This document shows positions 52,028 through 62,125 of a stretch of 64,000 bases of DNA, piece by piece. The position numbers were made by a program, and so were the translations under genes. The notes under the pieces were generated by a model. The model was not told the origin of the DNA. It was given only the letters and a program-made list of their open reading frames with translations, and did no database searches. Position 1 is the first letter of the stretch. Each line of letters begins with the position of its first letter. Source of the DNA: a bacterium (GTDB lineage Bacteria; UBA8248); contig CBDCRP010000002.1 of the NCBI GenBank assembly GCA_965221165.1, positions 640,001 through 704,000 of the forward strand, written 5' to 3'.

Positions 52028-52190
52028 TCGTCATTCCGGCGCATGCTGGTGGCAACCGCGAGGTTGACCAGAACCGATGAGGATGAAGACATTGTAGTAT
52101 TTCATTCCCTCTACTGGGCGGCAATGGCGGCGAAAAGCATAAAACGAAAAGATAAATTCCCTGGATTCCGGCATACGCCGGAATGACGGA
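52028..52190. repeat. CGTC-REP-bounded element, copy 2
   Basis: Colinear with 42734-42904; right end GGATTCCGGCATACGCCGGAATGACG. Confidence 0.8.
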
Positions 52191-52443
52191 CGAGGACGTC
52201 AGACCCGTCGGCAAGTGGGGAGTGGGCGGTGGTTGCGGCGATCTCCTTTGCGCGCTCCCTATCCTACAACCGCAAATGGGGGAAATTGCAAAGATACATC
52301 GAACCGACCTTCTGTTTCGGACAAAAAAAAGCGACTGGGCTTTTAGGGCCTTGGGCCCTAAGACGAGACGCTTGGCGACTCATCCCAGACGCTATTTGAC
52401 TCTAAAAGGATCATTACACTGAAATCAAGTCAACACCCCCCCA

Positions 52444-53907
52444 TTAATATCCATCATCCGCATATCTACCCGGAGTGGGCGTGGCGCCTGTTTTGGCCGT
52501 TTCGATGACGTGGGCGCGTCCGCCGAGGCGTTCGATCAGCGCCGCTTGATCGCGTTTAGCGCACGCATCCACCTCTTCGGGGTCGAGAATTTCACGCAAG
52601 GAGCCTTCGAGTTCATTAATGAGCGGTTTGCTCTCGGGCTTCCCGGCGACGTCATCTTGTTCTTCGGGGTCGTTTCCCATGTCATACAACTCGGGCGGAT
52701 AGTCCACGTAGTGGATGTACTTCATCCGGCCTTTTCGGATGAGGTAAGCCGCCGTCTCGGCGCCCGAGGCGTGGTATTCGCTTAAAACGACGCGTTTTGC
52801 GTCATAGGGTGCGCGCGCGATTTCATAGAGCGAACGGCCCGCGCGGCTCCTGTCCTCATCGTTAGGCGTCACGCCCACCGATTCGAGAATCGTGGGATAA
52901 AAATCAAGGAGCGAAACGGGCGTTTCGACCACCCCGCCTGCTTCCAGGTCCGGCCCCGCCATCATGAGCGGCACGGCGGCCGATTCCTGGTACATCGTGC
53001 CCTTTCCCCAGGTGCCCCGCGCCCCTAAGTTCTCGCCATGATCGCTCGTGAAGAATATGCGGGTGGAATCCCGCAAACCCGCGCGCGCTAGGCAATCCAG
53101 TACGCGGCCCACCAGATCGTCCAAAAACGTGCAAAGCCCGAAATAGGAAGCGATGGCGACGCGTCTTCGCTCATCATCGAAGAAGCTGTCTGAGGGCACG
53201 TATTTCCGGTACGCCTCTATCCACGGATGTTGCGGGCGGCCATCGAGCGCGTGGGCCTTGGGCATGGGCACGGAATCGGTCGGGTACATGTCGAAATAGG
53301 CTTGCGGCGCCATCAGGGGAAAATGGGGCGAGACGAAGGAGACGAACGTCATCCAGGGCTTCCGGCTGTCGCTATATCTTTCCGCCTCGTTCTCGAGCCA
53401 CGCGCACGCCTTCTCGGTGATGTCCAGATCGTAATTCGAATAACTCGTCTCGCCCGGGCCGATCTCGCGCGCGAGCTTATCCGCCTTCTGTACGATCAAC
53501 TCATCGCGGATGGAGCCGAGCACGCTGCCCACGCCCCCGTCGCGCGCGTGCATGGGTACGATTTGCTCATCGAAACCGGTAGGGTCGGTGGGGTTCCTGT
53601 AGTGGAACTTGCCGATGGAAGTGACGCAGTTGCCCTCGGCCTGCAAACGATGTCCCCAGCCGGCGGGGGTGCCCGTATAGGGACTGGCGTTATCCCAACA
53701 GCCGATCTCGTGAACGTAGCGGCCCGTGGCGAAGCTCGCCCGCGCGGCCGTGCAAATCGGGGAATTCGTATAGGCGCCCGTGAACCGCGCGCCCGAGGCC
53801 GCCAGACGGTCGATGTTCGGTGTTTGCACCATCGGGTGTCCGTAGCAGCCGAGCGTTTTGACGCTCAACTCATCCGCCATGATGATGAGCAAATTCATCG
53901 GTTTCAT
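52444..53907 (-). CDS. Formylglycine-type sulfatase (choline-sulfatase-like)
   Basis: N.L.I.ADE, CTAAR..FATGRY, GKFH, SDHG. Confidence 0.9.
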   Translation of the reverse strand: MKPMNLLIIMADELSVKTLGCYGHPMVQTPNIDRLAASGARFTGAYTNSPICTAARASFATGRYVHEIGCWDNASPYTGTPAGWGHRLQAEGNCVTSIGKFHYRNPTDPTGFDEQIVPMHARDGGVGSVLGSIRDELIVQKADKLAREIGPGETSYSNYDLDITEKACAWLENEAERYSDSRKPWMTFVSFVSPHFPLMAPQAYFDMYPTDSVPMPKAHALDGRPQHPWIEAYRKYVPSDSFFDDERRRVAIASYFGLCTFLDDLVGRVLDCLARAGLRDSTRIFFTSDHGENLGARGTWGKGTMYQESAAVPLMMAGPDLEAGGVVETPVSLLDFYPTILESVGVTPNDEDRSRAGRSLYEIARAPYDAKRVVLSEYHASGAETAAYLIRKGRMKYIHYVDYPPELYDMGNDPEEQDDVAGKPESKPLINELEGSLREILDPEEVDACAKRDQAALIERLGGRAHVIETAKTGATPTPGRYADDGY

Positions 53908-54053
53908 ACGAAAAACTCTCTTAGAAATGTTATATAGCGAAATTCAGGGATGGCGGCGGAACTCAATGGTTTCATGCGGGTTTTGTCTGGTTCGTTCACC
54001 AAAGACTACGCCGGTATGAAAACGATTTCAACACCGCCCCCTCGCCAGAAGAG

Positions 54054-54974
54054 CTACATGTGCGGCCACACCGGGTCGGTTCGGTTGTTGAGCGGACCCG
54101 AGGGGTGTTCATCGAGATAATCGTAGATGTTGCCGAGCCCTCCCCTTCTCAGCATGGTGAGCCTCTCGCCCAGGTGATCCATGCTGTTGAGGTCGGTCTC
54201 ATACACCTCGAACACCTTGTCCTGCACCTCCTCGCGGCTGAGTCCACCGTTTTTCAGGACCCTGACCTTGTCGATCAATTCATGGAGCTTTTCGCGCTGA
54301 CGAGGTATCTCGCCTTTTTGACAAGGCCTGCCGTGCCCGGGCACGTACCAGTCCACGTCCAGGGCTTCGAGCACGCCCAGCGACTGGAACCAGCCCCACA
54401 CGTCGGCCGAATGGCACGCCACGTTGAAGGCGGGCGTGAGGTTGTCCGCCGTGAAGGCGACGCGGTCCTCCACTGCATGGACGACCGTCTGCCCGCGCGT
54501 GTGGCCGGGAGATTCGATGAGGATGAACGTCTTGCCGCCCAGGCGAATCGTCATCCGCCCCTTGTAGGTGATGTCGGGGGGCCTGAGTTCGAATCCCTCG
54601 AGCAGCGCCTCGTTCTCGGGGTCGTACTTGAGCATGCGCTCCTTGCCGTCTTCCGGCGTGGCGATGGAGGTGTAGAAATCCGCATACGTGATCTCGCTCG
54701 AAACGATCCGCTCGGGCTCCAGGAACCAGTTCGCCGCAATATGATCCTGGTGATGCTCGGTGTTGACGAGATAGCGAAGCGGGCCTTTTTCAGCGATGAA
54801 GTCACGCCAGGCGATGGCTTCAGAGGGCCGCATGGGGCCGTCTATCGCGATGACGCCGTCATCCGTCACCATCATACCCACCGTGGGGTAGCAATCATAA
54901 AAAAAGACGTTTTCGCTCAACTGCTCCAATCGTCCATCCTCCTGAGCGGCATCCGATAAGATATCCCTAATCAA
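54054..54974 (-). CDS. MBL-fold metallohydrolase (cyclase-like), start uncertain
   Basis: NTEHHQDH, PGHT, PGHG. Confidence 0.85.
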   Translation of the reverse strand: MIRDILSDAAQEDGRLEQLSENVFFYDCYPTVGMMVTDDGVIAIDGPMRPSEAIAWRDFIAEKGPLRYLVNTEHHQDHIAANWFLEPERIVSSEITYADFYTSIATPEDGKERMLKYDPENEALLEGFELRPPDITYKGRMTIRLGGKTFILIESPGHTRGQTVVHAVEDRVAFTADNLTPAFNVACHSADVWGWFQSLGVLEALDVDWYVPGHGRPCQKGEIPRQREKLHELIDKVRVLKNGGLSREEVQDKVFEVYETDLNSMDHLGERLTMLRRGGLGNIYDYLDEHPSGPLNNRTDPVWPHM

Positions 54975-55855
54975 TCTCTCAAACCCGCCTCGCGATCGAA
55001 CCATTCGCGTATGACGCCCTGATCCAGATCGCCAAATCCCAAATCCATCGCGCCCTGATACGCCTTTTGAACCGCATCGATCACCGGCGTGGCGGCGCCG
55101 TTTGCGCGGGCGAATTCCTGGATGAGACCCAAATCCTTGTGCATGGGGGCGAGCGCGAACTTGACGGGTTCATATTCTTTTTTTCTCAACCCCCAGCCGC
55201 GCGTGTTCATCACGCGAAACACGGTGCTCGAATATAGATATTCCATCATCTGGTCCGGTTCCAGGCCCGATTTCACGCCGAGGGTGAAGCCCTCCGCCAG
55301 AGCGCATAGCTGGGATGCGACGAGATGATTCGTGATGAGCTTCATCCTCAGTCCAGAACCATTGGGACCGAAATAATCGAGCAGTTCGCAGACACAGTCC
55401 AGCACTGCGCGGTGGGCGTCCAGAATCTCTTTATCGCCTCCCACCATGAGGCCGATTTTCGCATCCCGCGCGATGATGGCGTTCCCGCTGATGGGAGCGT
55501 CCAGAAAATGGAAACCGCGGCTCAGCGCTTCTTCGGCGACCGCGATGCTCTCCTCGGGCAGGATGGTCGAGAAATCAAAACAGACGGCCCCCTCCCCGGC
55601 GGTGAGCAACGCGCCCCGCCCGCCCAAAAAGGCGTCGCGCACGTGCTCGCCCCTGGGAACTGAACTGCAAACGTAATCCGCTCCACGGGCCGCCTCGGCG
55701 GGAGAATCGAACACGGGGATGCCCGCCTCGTGCGCCGCCTGCTGCGCGGCGGGGCTCGGGTCGTAGCCCACGACTTCGAAGCCGCCTTTAAGCATATTGG
55801 CGGCGACGGCCCCACCCATGTTGCCTAAGCCTAAAAACGCGATTTTCTTAGCCAA
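54971..55855 (-). CDS. Beta-hydroxyacid dehydrogenase family
   Basis: FLGLGNMG, DAPISG, MKL..N, KDL. Confidence 0.9.
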   Translation of the reverse strand: MAKKIAFLGLGNMGGAVAANMLKGGFEVVGYDPSPAAQQAAHEAGIPVFDSPAEAARGADYVCSSVPRGEHVRDAFLGGRGALLTAGEGAVCFDFSTILPEESIAVAEEALSRGFHFLDAPISGNAIIARDAKIGLMVGGDKEILDAHRAVLDCVCELLDYFGPNGSGLRMKLITNHLVASQLCALAEGFTLGVKSGLEPDQMMEYLYSSTVFRVMNTRGWGLRKKEYEPVKFALAPMHKDLGLIQEFARANGAATPVIDAVQKAYQGAMDLGFGDLDQGVIREWFDREAGLRD

Positions 55856-55867
55856 CCCCGCTCCTCC

Positions 55868-56953
55868 TCAAGCGCCGTATTTCCGTAAGGCCTGCTCGGT
55901 AAATTCCATACCGTGTCCGGGCGTGTCGGGAACCTCCATGCAGCCGTCCACGACGGGGAAATCCTGCGTGAGGACGTCTGGAGGCAACAATTCCACGTAC
56001 TCCACCATGTAGCCGCTCGGCGTCGCGGCGAGGAGGCTCACGGACACCTCCTGGAGCAGATGCGCGCACAACGAGAGATTATAAGCTTCCGCCAGATGGG
56101 CCGCCTTGCGAAACTCCGTCACGCCCCCGCATCGGCCCACGTCGGGTTGTAGAAACGAAGCCGCCCTTCTCTCGCAAATTTCCCGAAAACCCCAGCGCAT
56201 GTATGCGTTTTCTCCCGCGGCGATGGGCACGGGACTTTGTTGCGCCACATCCGCCAGATCATCGACCGAATCGGCGAGCACCGGCTCCTCGAACCATGTC
56301 ACGTCGTATTCGGCGAGCATCGCGGCCACCTCCAAAGCCTCGCGCGGGTTGTACTTCTGGTTGGCGTCCGCAAACAAGACGACCGACTCGCCCACTTCTT
56401 CTCTCAAGAGGCGGATTCGCTCCTCATCCCGGTTGGTTCCCAGCTTCAGCTTGTACGCGCCGATTCCCTTTTCCATGAAGCCCATGCATTCATCCACCAT
56501 CTCCGCATCCGAGAACGTGAGCCAGCCCCCGCTGCCGTAAACGGGAACCAAATCCCTGAAACCGCCCAGGATGCGTGAGAGCGGCAACCCCGCCGCCTTG
56601 GCGAGCGCATCCCAGCAAGCGGTATCCACCGCGGAGAGCGCCTGAACGCCCAGCCTGCCGCGCATCCTCGGCTTGTTCGGTCCCCACAGACGCTCCCAGA
56701 GCGCCTCGGGCGCAAGGGCGTCCTGCCCCACCACCGGCGGGGCCAGCTCTTTTTCGATGTAGGGAACGAGCGTCGTCGAGGTCTCCCTGCCCAGACCCAT
56801 CACGAAGCCGCAGCCCGTCGGGCCGTTTTTGGTGTGGAGAAAGACCAGGAGATAATCGAGTTCCGATTTCGTGCTGTTCGCACTTCCTATCGCTCGGGCC
56901 AGAGGCACTTTAAGAGATTTCGCCTCTATCTTCGTGATTTTCAGTTCAGCCAT
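55868..56953 (-). CDS. Mandelate racemase/enolase-superfamily enzyme
   Basis: KLK, DAN, WFEEP, AGEN, QPD..RCGG. Confidence 0.9.
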   Translation of the reverse strand: MAELKITKIEAKSLKVPLARAIGSANSTKSELDYLLVFLHTKNGPTGCGFVMGLGRETSTTLVPYIEKELAPPVVGQDALAPEALWERLWGPNKPRMRGRLGVQALSAVDTACWDALAKAAGLPLSRILGGFRDLVPVYGSGGWLTFSDAEMVDECMGFMEKGIGAYKLKLGTNRDEERIRLLREEVGESVVLFADANQKYNPREALEVAAMLAEYDVTWFEEPVLADSVDDLADVAQQSPVPIAAGENAYMRWGFREICERRAASFLQPDVGRCGGVTEFRKAAHLAEAYNLSLCAHLLQEVSVSLLAATPSGYMVEYVELLPPDVLTQDFPVVDGCMEVPDTPGHGMEFTEQALRKYGA

Positions 56954-57048
56954 GCGTCACAAGTCCACCGAATCCTGCATCAGATACGATAAGGGCTGCG
57001 GAGGCCTCCGAAAAAGCCTCCGCAGCCCCGGGAAACAAGTCGAAAAAC

Positions 57049-58059
57049 TTAGTTCATCTTCATGCTGGCCAGCGCCTTGGTGAGCGGGCCTCTCTCGATG
57101 CCCTCGCCGCCGGAGAAATTCGGCAGGCGGCGAATCTTGCCCCGGCCCTTCTGCACCTTGGCCGTCGCGTTGAGCGCGTTGATGATGCGCGGCGTGATCT
57201 TGTACAGCGGCCGCACCACATCGACGGAGCGCCTGGCGATGGAATAATCCACCTTGCGGCCCTTCGAGATCAGCCACTTGTGATAGACCTTCGCGAACTT
57301 GTCGGGGTCTTTCTTCCAAAGTTTCGTGGATTTGAGGTAAGCGCGCAGATACTTCACGAACCCTCCGGGATTGCTCTTGAGCGTCCTGGGGTTCGCGAGT
57401 TCGATGAAAATCATCGCCGGCGGATTGTCGTGTTTGCAGTAATCCACGATGGGCCGGGCCCATTTCTTGTCTATCAGGCGGAACGACGTGGGCGCGCCGA
57501 TGACCATCGCGGCAACCACCTTGGCCCTGAAGGCCGAGAGGCGCTCCGCCGTGGTGGTGTTCATGATTTTGACGTCTTTGTGCGTCAAGCCGTACGCGGG
57601 CAGGATGCCGTTTTCCATCACGAAGTGGGTGGACGTGCCCTTCTTCTCGGCGATGGTCTTGCCCTTGAGGTCGGCCACCGTCTTGATCGGAGAATCGGGG
57701 TGCACCCATATATTCATTGATTTACACCAAGACGAACTGACGGAAATCATCACGAGCCCCGCCCTTTTCGCCACCCCGTCCACGTAGGGCCGCGTAGCGC
57801 CGTGGCCCACGTCGAGGCTGCGGGAGAGCAGCGCCTCGATGACGAGTTTGCCCTGCGCGAAAACCTTTACATTCCAATTGCCCTTTCCGAATTCCTCATC
57901 GAAATAACCCATCCCCATGGCGACCGCCGTGAAGGCGCCGAACGTCTGGCGGTGCATGCCGATGCGGAACTTGGCCGCCTCGGCGTCGGTCGTCGCGAAG
58001 CCGACGGGAACGAGGCTCAAAGCGAGGAGCAGACTCAAGATACAAAAACACCTTCTCAT
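57049..58059 (-). CDS. SsuA/NMT1-type ABC substrate-binding protein
   Basis: Signal peptide, DLKGKTIA..KGT..H. Confidence 0.85.
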   Translation of the reverse strand: MRRCFCILSLLLALSLVPVGFATTDAEAAKFRIGMHRQTFGAFTAVAMGMGYFDEEFGKGNWNVKVFAQGKLVIEALLSRSLDVGHGATRPYVDGVAKRAGLVMISVSSSWCKSMNIWVHPDSPIKTVADLKGKTIAEKKGTSTHFVMENGILPAYGLTHKDVKIMNTTTAERLSAFRAKVVAAMVIGAPTSFRLIDKKWARPIVDYCKHDNPPAMIFIELANPRTLKSNPGGFVKYLRAYLKSTKLWKKDPDKFAKVYHKWLISKGRKVDYSIARRSVDVVRPLYKITPRIINALNATAKVQKGRGKIRRLPNFSGGEGIERGPLTKALASMKMN

Positions 58060-58180
58060 CTTTTTTTCCTCCTACTGGAAAATGAAAATAAAACACACAG
58101 CTTCCTTCAAGTAGCCGTTCTTCCTCTGCCTGGATTCGGAAAGTATGTCATAGATGCCCTCAGATTGCATCAAGCAGAAC

Positions 58181-58995
58181 TCAAAGCCGCATCAAGTCCT
58201 CACCGGCGATGATGGGGCCTTCGAAATAAGGCGCAATCGCCTCGCGCACCTTATCGTTCGGCGCCAGGGGAGGAACGACGTGTGAGAAAACGAGCATCCC
58301 GACGCCGGCCTGCGCCGCCGTTTTCCCGACTTCTTCCGCCGTGGCGTGATGGGCCGCTACGATCTTCGCCGTGGCTCTGAAACTTCCGAACCTCTCGTCT
58401 ATCAACTCAGGCAAACATGGGTGCATCACCAAAACGTCCGCCCCAAGTGCCAAGGGGACCAGCTTTTCCGTGGGGCTGCCGTCGCTCGCGATGACGATCT
58501 TTCTGCCCTCCGCCTCGAATGCGTAGGAGATGATGTCGTCTACGTTCCCGTGGCGCGTGCCCTATCCACGCGGATAGCGATGCCGTCCACCTCAAATGCA
58601 TCGCCGGGTTCGAGGACGGTTACCTCGATCTCGGTTCCCGCCCTGGGCTTTCCCTCGTTCGCCCTGAGATCGATGTCGTACTCGTAATAATGGAGCATAC
58701 GCTCGACTATCTCCTCCACGGGCGACGGGCCGTAGACCTTGAGCGGCGTTGATGCGCCCATGATCCAGCGCGAGATAAAGAACTCCCCGAAACCCGTGTA
58801 GTGATCGGAGTGAAAATGCGTGAAAAACAGGTGGTCCACACTGTTCACATGAAATCCCGACTTCACGATTTGGGTCGCGGCATGGCGGGCTGCGTCCACC
58901 AGATAGAGTTTCCCGCCTTTTACGATGACGTTGCACGGGCCGCTTTTTTGAGGAGTCGGCGGCGGCGCACCCACTCCCAGGAGTATGAGTTCCAA
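58181..58995 (-). CDS. RNase Z/arylsulfatase-like MBL hydrolase, one frameshift near 58560
   Basis: LLG.G.P, THFHSDH; C-terminal HHAT and SHVVP in a shifted frame. Confidence 0.8.
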
Positions 58996-59110
58996 AACAG
59001 GGTTTCCTCCCCTTCACGAAAGTAGATATGTGTCTTGCCGTAACGGATTCTTGGGGGTATTCTTGCGCAAATATCCTCGTTCACGTCAACCAGAAGAGAG
59101 AGAAGCCCAT

Positions 59111-59971
59111 ATGGATCGTCTATCCGAACACCTATACGCAGAAACCGCCTACGACTGGGCGAACGTGGGCGCCGCCGTCACGGAAAGCGGCGTCCTCCTC
59201 CTCGACTCCCCGGTGCGGCCGAGCGATTCGCGCAAGTGGCAAGAAGAAGTCTCACGCTTAAGCCCCCTGGGCATGCGCTACCTCATCGCCACCGATTATC
59301 ACGGCGACCACACGACCGGCTCCTCCTTCATCGAAGGGGACGTCGCCCGCATCGCCCCCCAATACGTCTACGATGAAATATCGAAGGGCGATAACGCTTT
59401 TTCCAAGGAAATTTTCGTGAAAACGCTGAGAGACTTAGGCTTCGTAGAGGAGGCGGATGAAATCGAAAACACCGCCGTTCCGCTGCCTCAGTTCTGTTTT
59501 GAAGACAGCCTCATCCTGCATCTGCCGCCCCTCACGTTCGAGATTCACCGGAAAGGCGGCCACTCCCCCGCATGCACGTCCGTTCTCGTGCCCGAGGAAG
59601 GGGTGCTCTTCTCCGGAGACGTCGTCATCAACGGCCCCTCGGCCGGAATGCGCGACGCCCATGTGGGCGAATGGATAGAGGCGCTCACCTGGGTGGAAAA
59701 TCTCGACATCGAGACCATCGTCCCCGGCCACGGCGATATATGCGGCAAAGAGGTTGCCACGGAGCTTAAAGATCGCCTGAGCGGGATGATGGAGATCATG
59801 ACTGAGGTCATCAGCGCCGGAAAACAGAAGGCGGAAGCCACCGAGGACCCGAAATTCCTGAAATATTTTCATGCCGACGACTCGCGCGGCGCATACTGGT
59901 TCCAGCAGAGGAAAGACACTTTCCGCGATGGTCTGGAGCGGCTGTTTGATGAGGTCGTCGCTGAGACCTAG
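59111..59971 (+). CDS. MBL-fold metallohydrolase (cyclase-like)
   Basis: TDYHGDH, GHSP, FSGD, VPGHG. Confidence 0.85.
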   Translation: MDRLSEHLYAETAYDWANVGAAVTESGVLLLDSPVRPSDSRKWQEEVSRLSPLGMRYLIATDYHGDHTTGSSFIEGDVARIAPQYVYDEISKGDNAFSKEIFVKTLRDLGFVEEADEIENTAVPLPQFCFEDSLILHLPPLTFEIHRKGGHSPACTSVLVPEEGVLFSGDVVINGPSAGMRDAHVGEWIEALTWVENLDIETIVPGHGDICGKEVATELKDRLSGMMEIMTEVISAGKQKAEATEDPKFLKYFHADDSRGAYWFQQRKDTFRDGLERLFDEVVAET

Positions 59972-60008
59972 AGAAGACCGGGGCTTCATCACCGAAAAGG
60001 AGACGTAG

Positions 60009-60434
60009 ATGAGAGTAGAAGAAAAAAGACTGGGCCGCATCTTTCGCGTCACGCTCGAGGCCGGAGACAATTTTTATACGAATTTATGTAACCTCGTGAA
60101 GGAGAAGAACATCCGTGCGGGCTCGGTTTTCCTCATCGGCGCTCTCGCCGAGACGGACATGATATCGGGCTTCAAGAGCATGGACGGCTACGACGTCGAC
60201 CGCCTGCACTTCGAGGGCTGGCGCGAACTCGTGGCTCTCGGGAACATTACCTGGCCGAACGAGCCGCCCCTCGCCCTAGGCGACGTGAACTGGGACGAAC
60301 CCGAGCCTTACGTTCACGTGCACATGGCCATCAGCGGCGGCCCGGGCGAGCCGGAAAAGGTCCTGGCGGGACACCTGAGCGACGGCACCATCAAAGGCAT
60401 GGTCGTCGAAATCTATGAGCACTTAGAAGCCTAG
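60009..60434 (+). CDS. PPC/DUF296 domain protein
   Basis: IGAL, E...LGNI, HVH, GHL. Confidence 0.8.
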   Translation: MRVEEKRLGRIFRVTLEAGDNFYTNLCNLVKEKNIRAGSVFLIGALAETDMISGFKSMDGYDVDRLHFEGWRELVALGNITWPNEPPLALGDVNWDEPEPYVHVHMAISGGPGEPEKVLAGHLSDGTIKGMVVEIYEHLEA

Positions 60435-60495
60435 ATGCGTTCTTGATCCCCAGCGGTTCATGGCCGCTTGAGAGTGTTTCCCAAAGAATGAAACG

Positions 60496-61634
60496 ATGAA
60501 CGACACACCCCTCGAAAATCTCCCTTTCGCGCCCAGCGAAGACCCCTTCGTCGTGGAGCACGGGGGCTTCTACCGGCGATGGTTCTACATGATCGAGGAC
60601 ATCAAGGAACTCAAAATCGCCGTGGCCTCCCTCGAGGGCACGACCGACGACCTCTGGGCGCCAGTTTGGCTTAAGATAGGCCAACGCTATGAAACAATCG
60701 CGGAAGAACTCGCCGCCGGTGGGGACGCTTCCGCCGCGCGCAAAAAATTTCTCCTCGCCAAGACTTATTACAGCATCGCGCGATTCCCCCGCCCCATCAC
60801 TATGCTCAAAGAACAAGCCAACGAGGTCTGCATTCGCGCGTACTTGAAATCATGCGAGTTCCTCGATCCGCCGCTGGAAGTCGTCGGCGTGGAATGCGCG
60901 GAAAAAACCATCACCTCTCATTTTCGCGCGCCTAAAGACGCAAGCGCGGAAAACCCCGCACCCGCCGTCCTCATCATGTGCGGCGGGGACATGTTCAAAG
61001 AAGATCGCGGCTGGGCGGGCGAAATGGCCCTGGAGCACGGCCTCGCCACGCTGGTGATGGACGGCCCCGGCACGGGGGAGAACCCATTTCCCTACAAACC
61101 GGAGTCCGTGGTCGCATGGAAGGCGGCTATCGACTACCTGTCCGCCCGTCCCGAGGTGGACGCAGGGCGCATCGGCGCGTTCGGCATCAGCAGGGGCGGG
61201 CATTCCGTGATGCTGATCGCGGGTTCTTATCCCGAGAAGGTGCGCGCGGCCGTCGCCAGCGCGGGCCATCACTTCGGCTACCGCATGACGCAGGCGGAAA
61301 TGGCGAACTACGTCGCCAACAGGAACAGGCGCGCCGCCTACATCTTCGGCGCGCCCGGAGACGGCCCCTCTTTTCCCGAAACCACTATCGAGAAAGAAGA
61401 GGAACTATTCGAGCGATGGTCGCTCAGCGAACTGGGCCTGGTGGAGAAATCGTCTGCCCCGTCTTCATGATCAATGGAAAGCAGGATCACCTCGCCCCCG
61501 TCGGGAACATCTACTACATGCTCGAGCACGGCCCCGTCACCGGCAAGGAGGCGCGCATCTATCCCGACGATGGCCACTGCGCCTTCAAATACTTCGAAGG
61601 GTGGGCTCCCGAATCGTTCCGCTGGCTGCGGTGA
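60496..61634 (+). CDS. Alpha/beta hydrolase (FrsA/2,6-dihydroxypseudooxynicotine hydrolase-like), frameshift near 61449
   Basis: DGPG.GE, GISRGG; catalytic D and H (G..D, DGHC) in the next frame. Confidence 0.8.
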
Positions 61635-61639
61635 AAATT

Positions 61640-61820
61640 GGGGTAAATCATTTAAAAACAACATCTTAAATTTTCCTTAATTTTTCGTATTTTTTCGTAT
61701 TTTTTCGTATTTTTCACTTATTTTCAGAAATTCATTTCCGACTCATCCTTCCTCCCGCGACGTCACCATACCGAAGGCCGAGATTCAGCGGCCTACCACA
61801 AATGCGGGCAAATGCGCGGG
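61640..61820 (-). repeat. Phased T-tract element (reverse orientation)
   Basis: TTTTTCGTAT x3 at 10-bp period; CAAATGCGGGCAAATGCG. Confidence 0.75.
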
Positions 61821-62125
61821 TGAGGCTGCGTGGGAGCAAGCCCGACCTGGAAAGGATTGCCCAGGGTTTTGCTCCTGTAGAGGACGCGTATAGCTTCCCT
61901 TTCCATCGAAGAAGGAAGCCATATCCAACCGAGGAGGGGCGCATCTATGTGTCCCTTACGACACGAACCGCGAGCAAACGCGCGTCTCCTACGCCTATCG
62001 CCGATGTTCCCTCCGCCAAACGCCACATAGCTTCACCTCATCGAAGCGATGTATAATTCATCCACCGCACCGGCCGCCTGGCGCCGATCATTTCTTCATC
62101 CCATTTCTAAAACCAGGAGGCAGCC

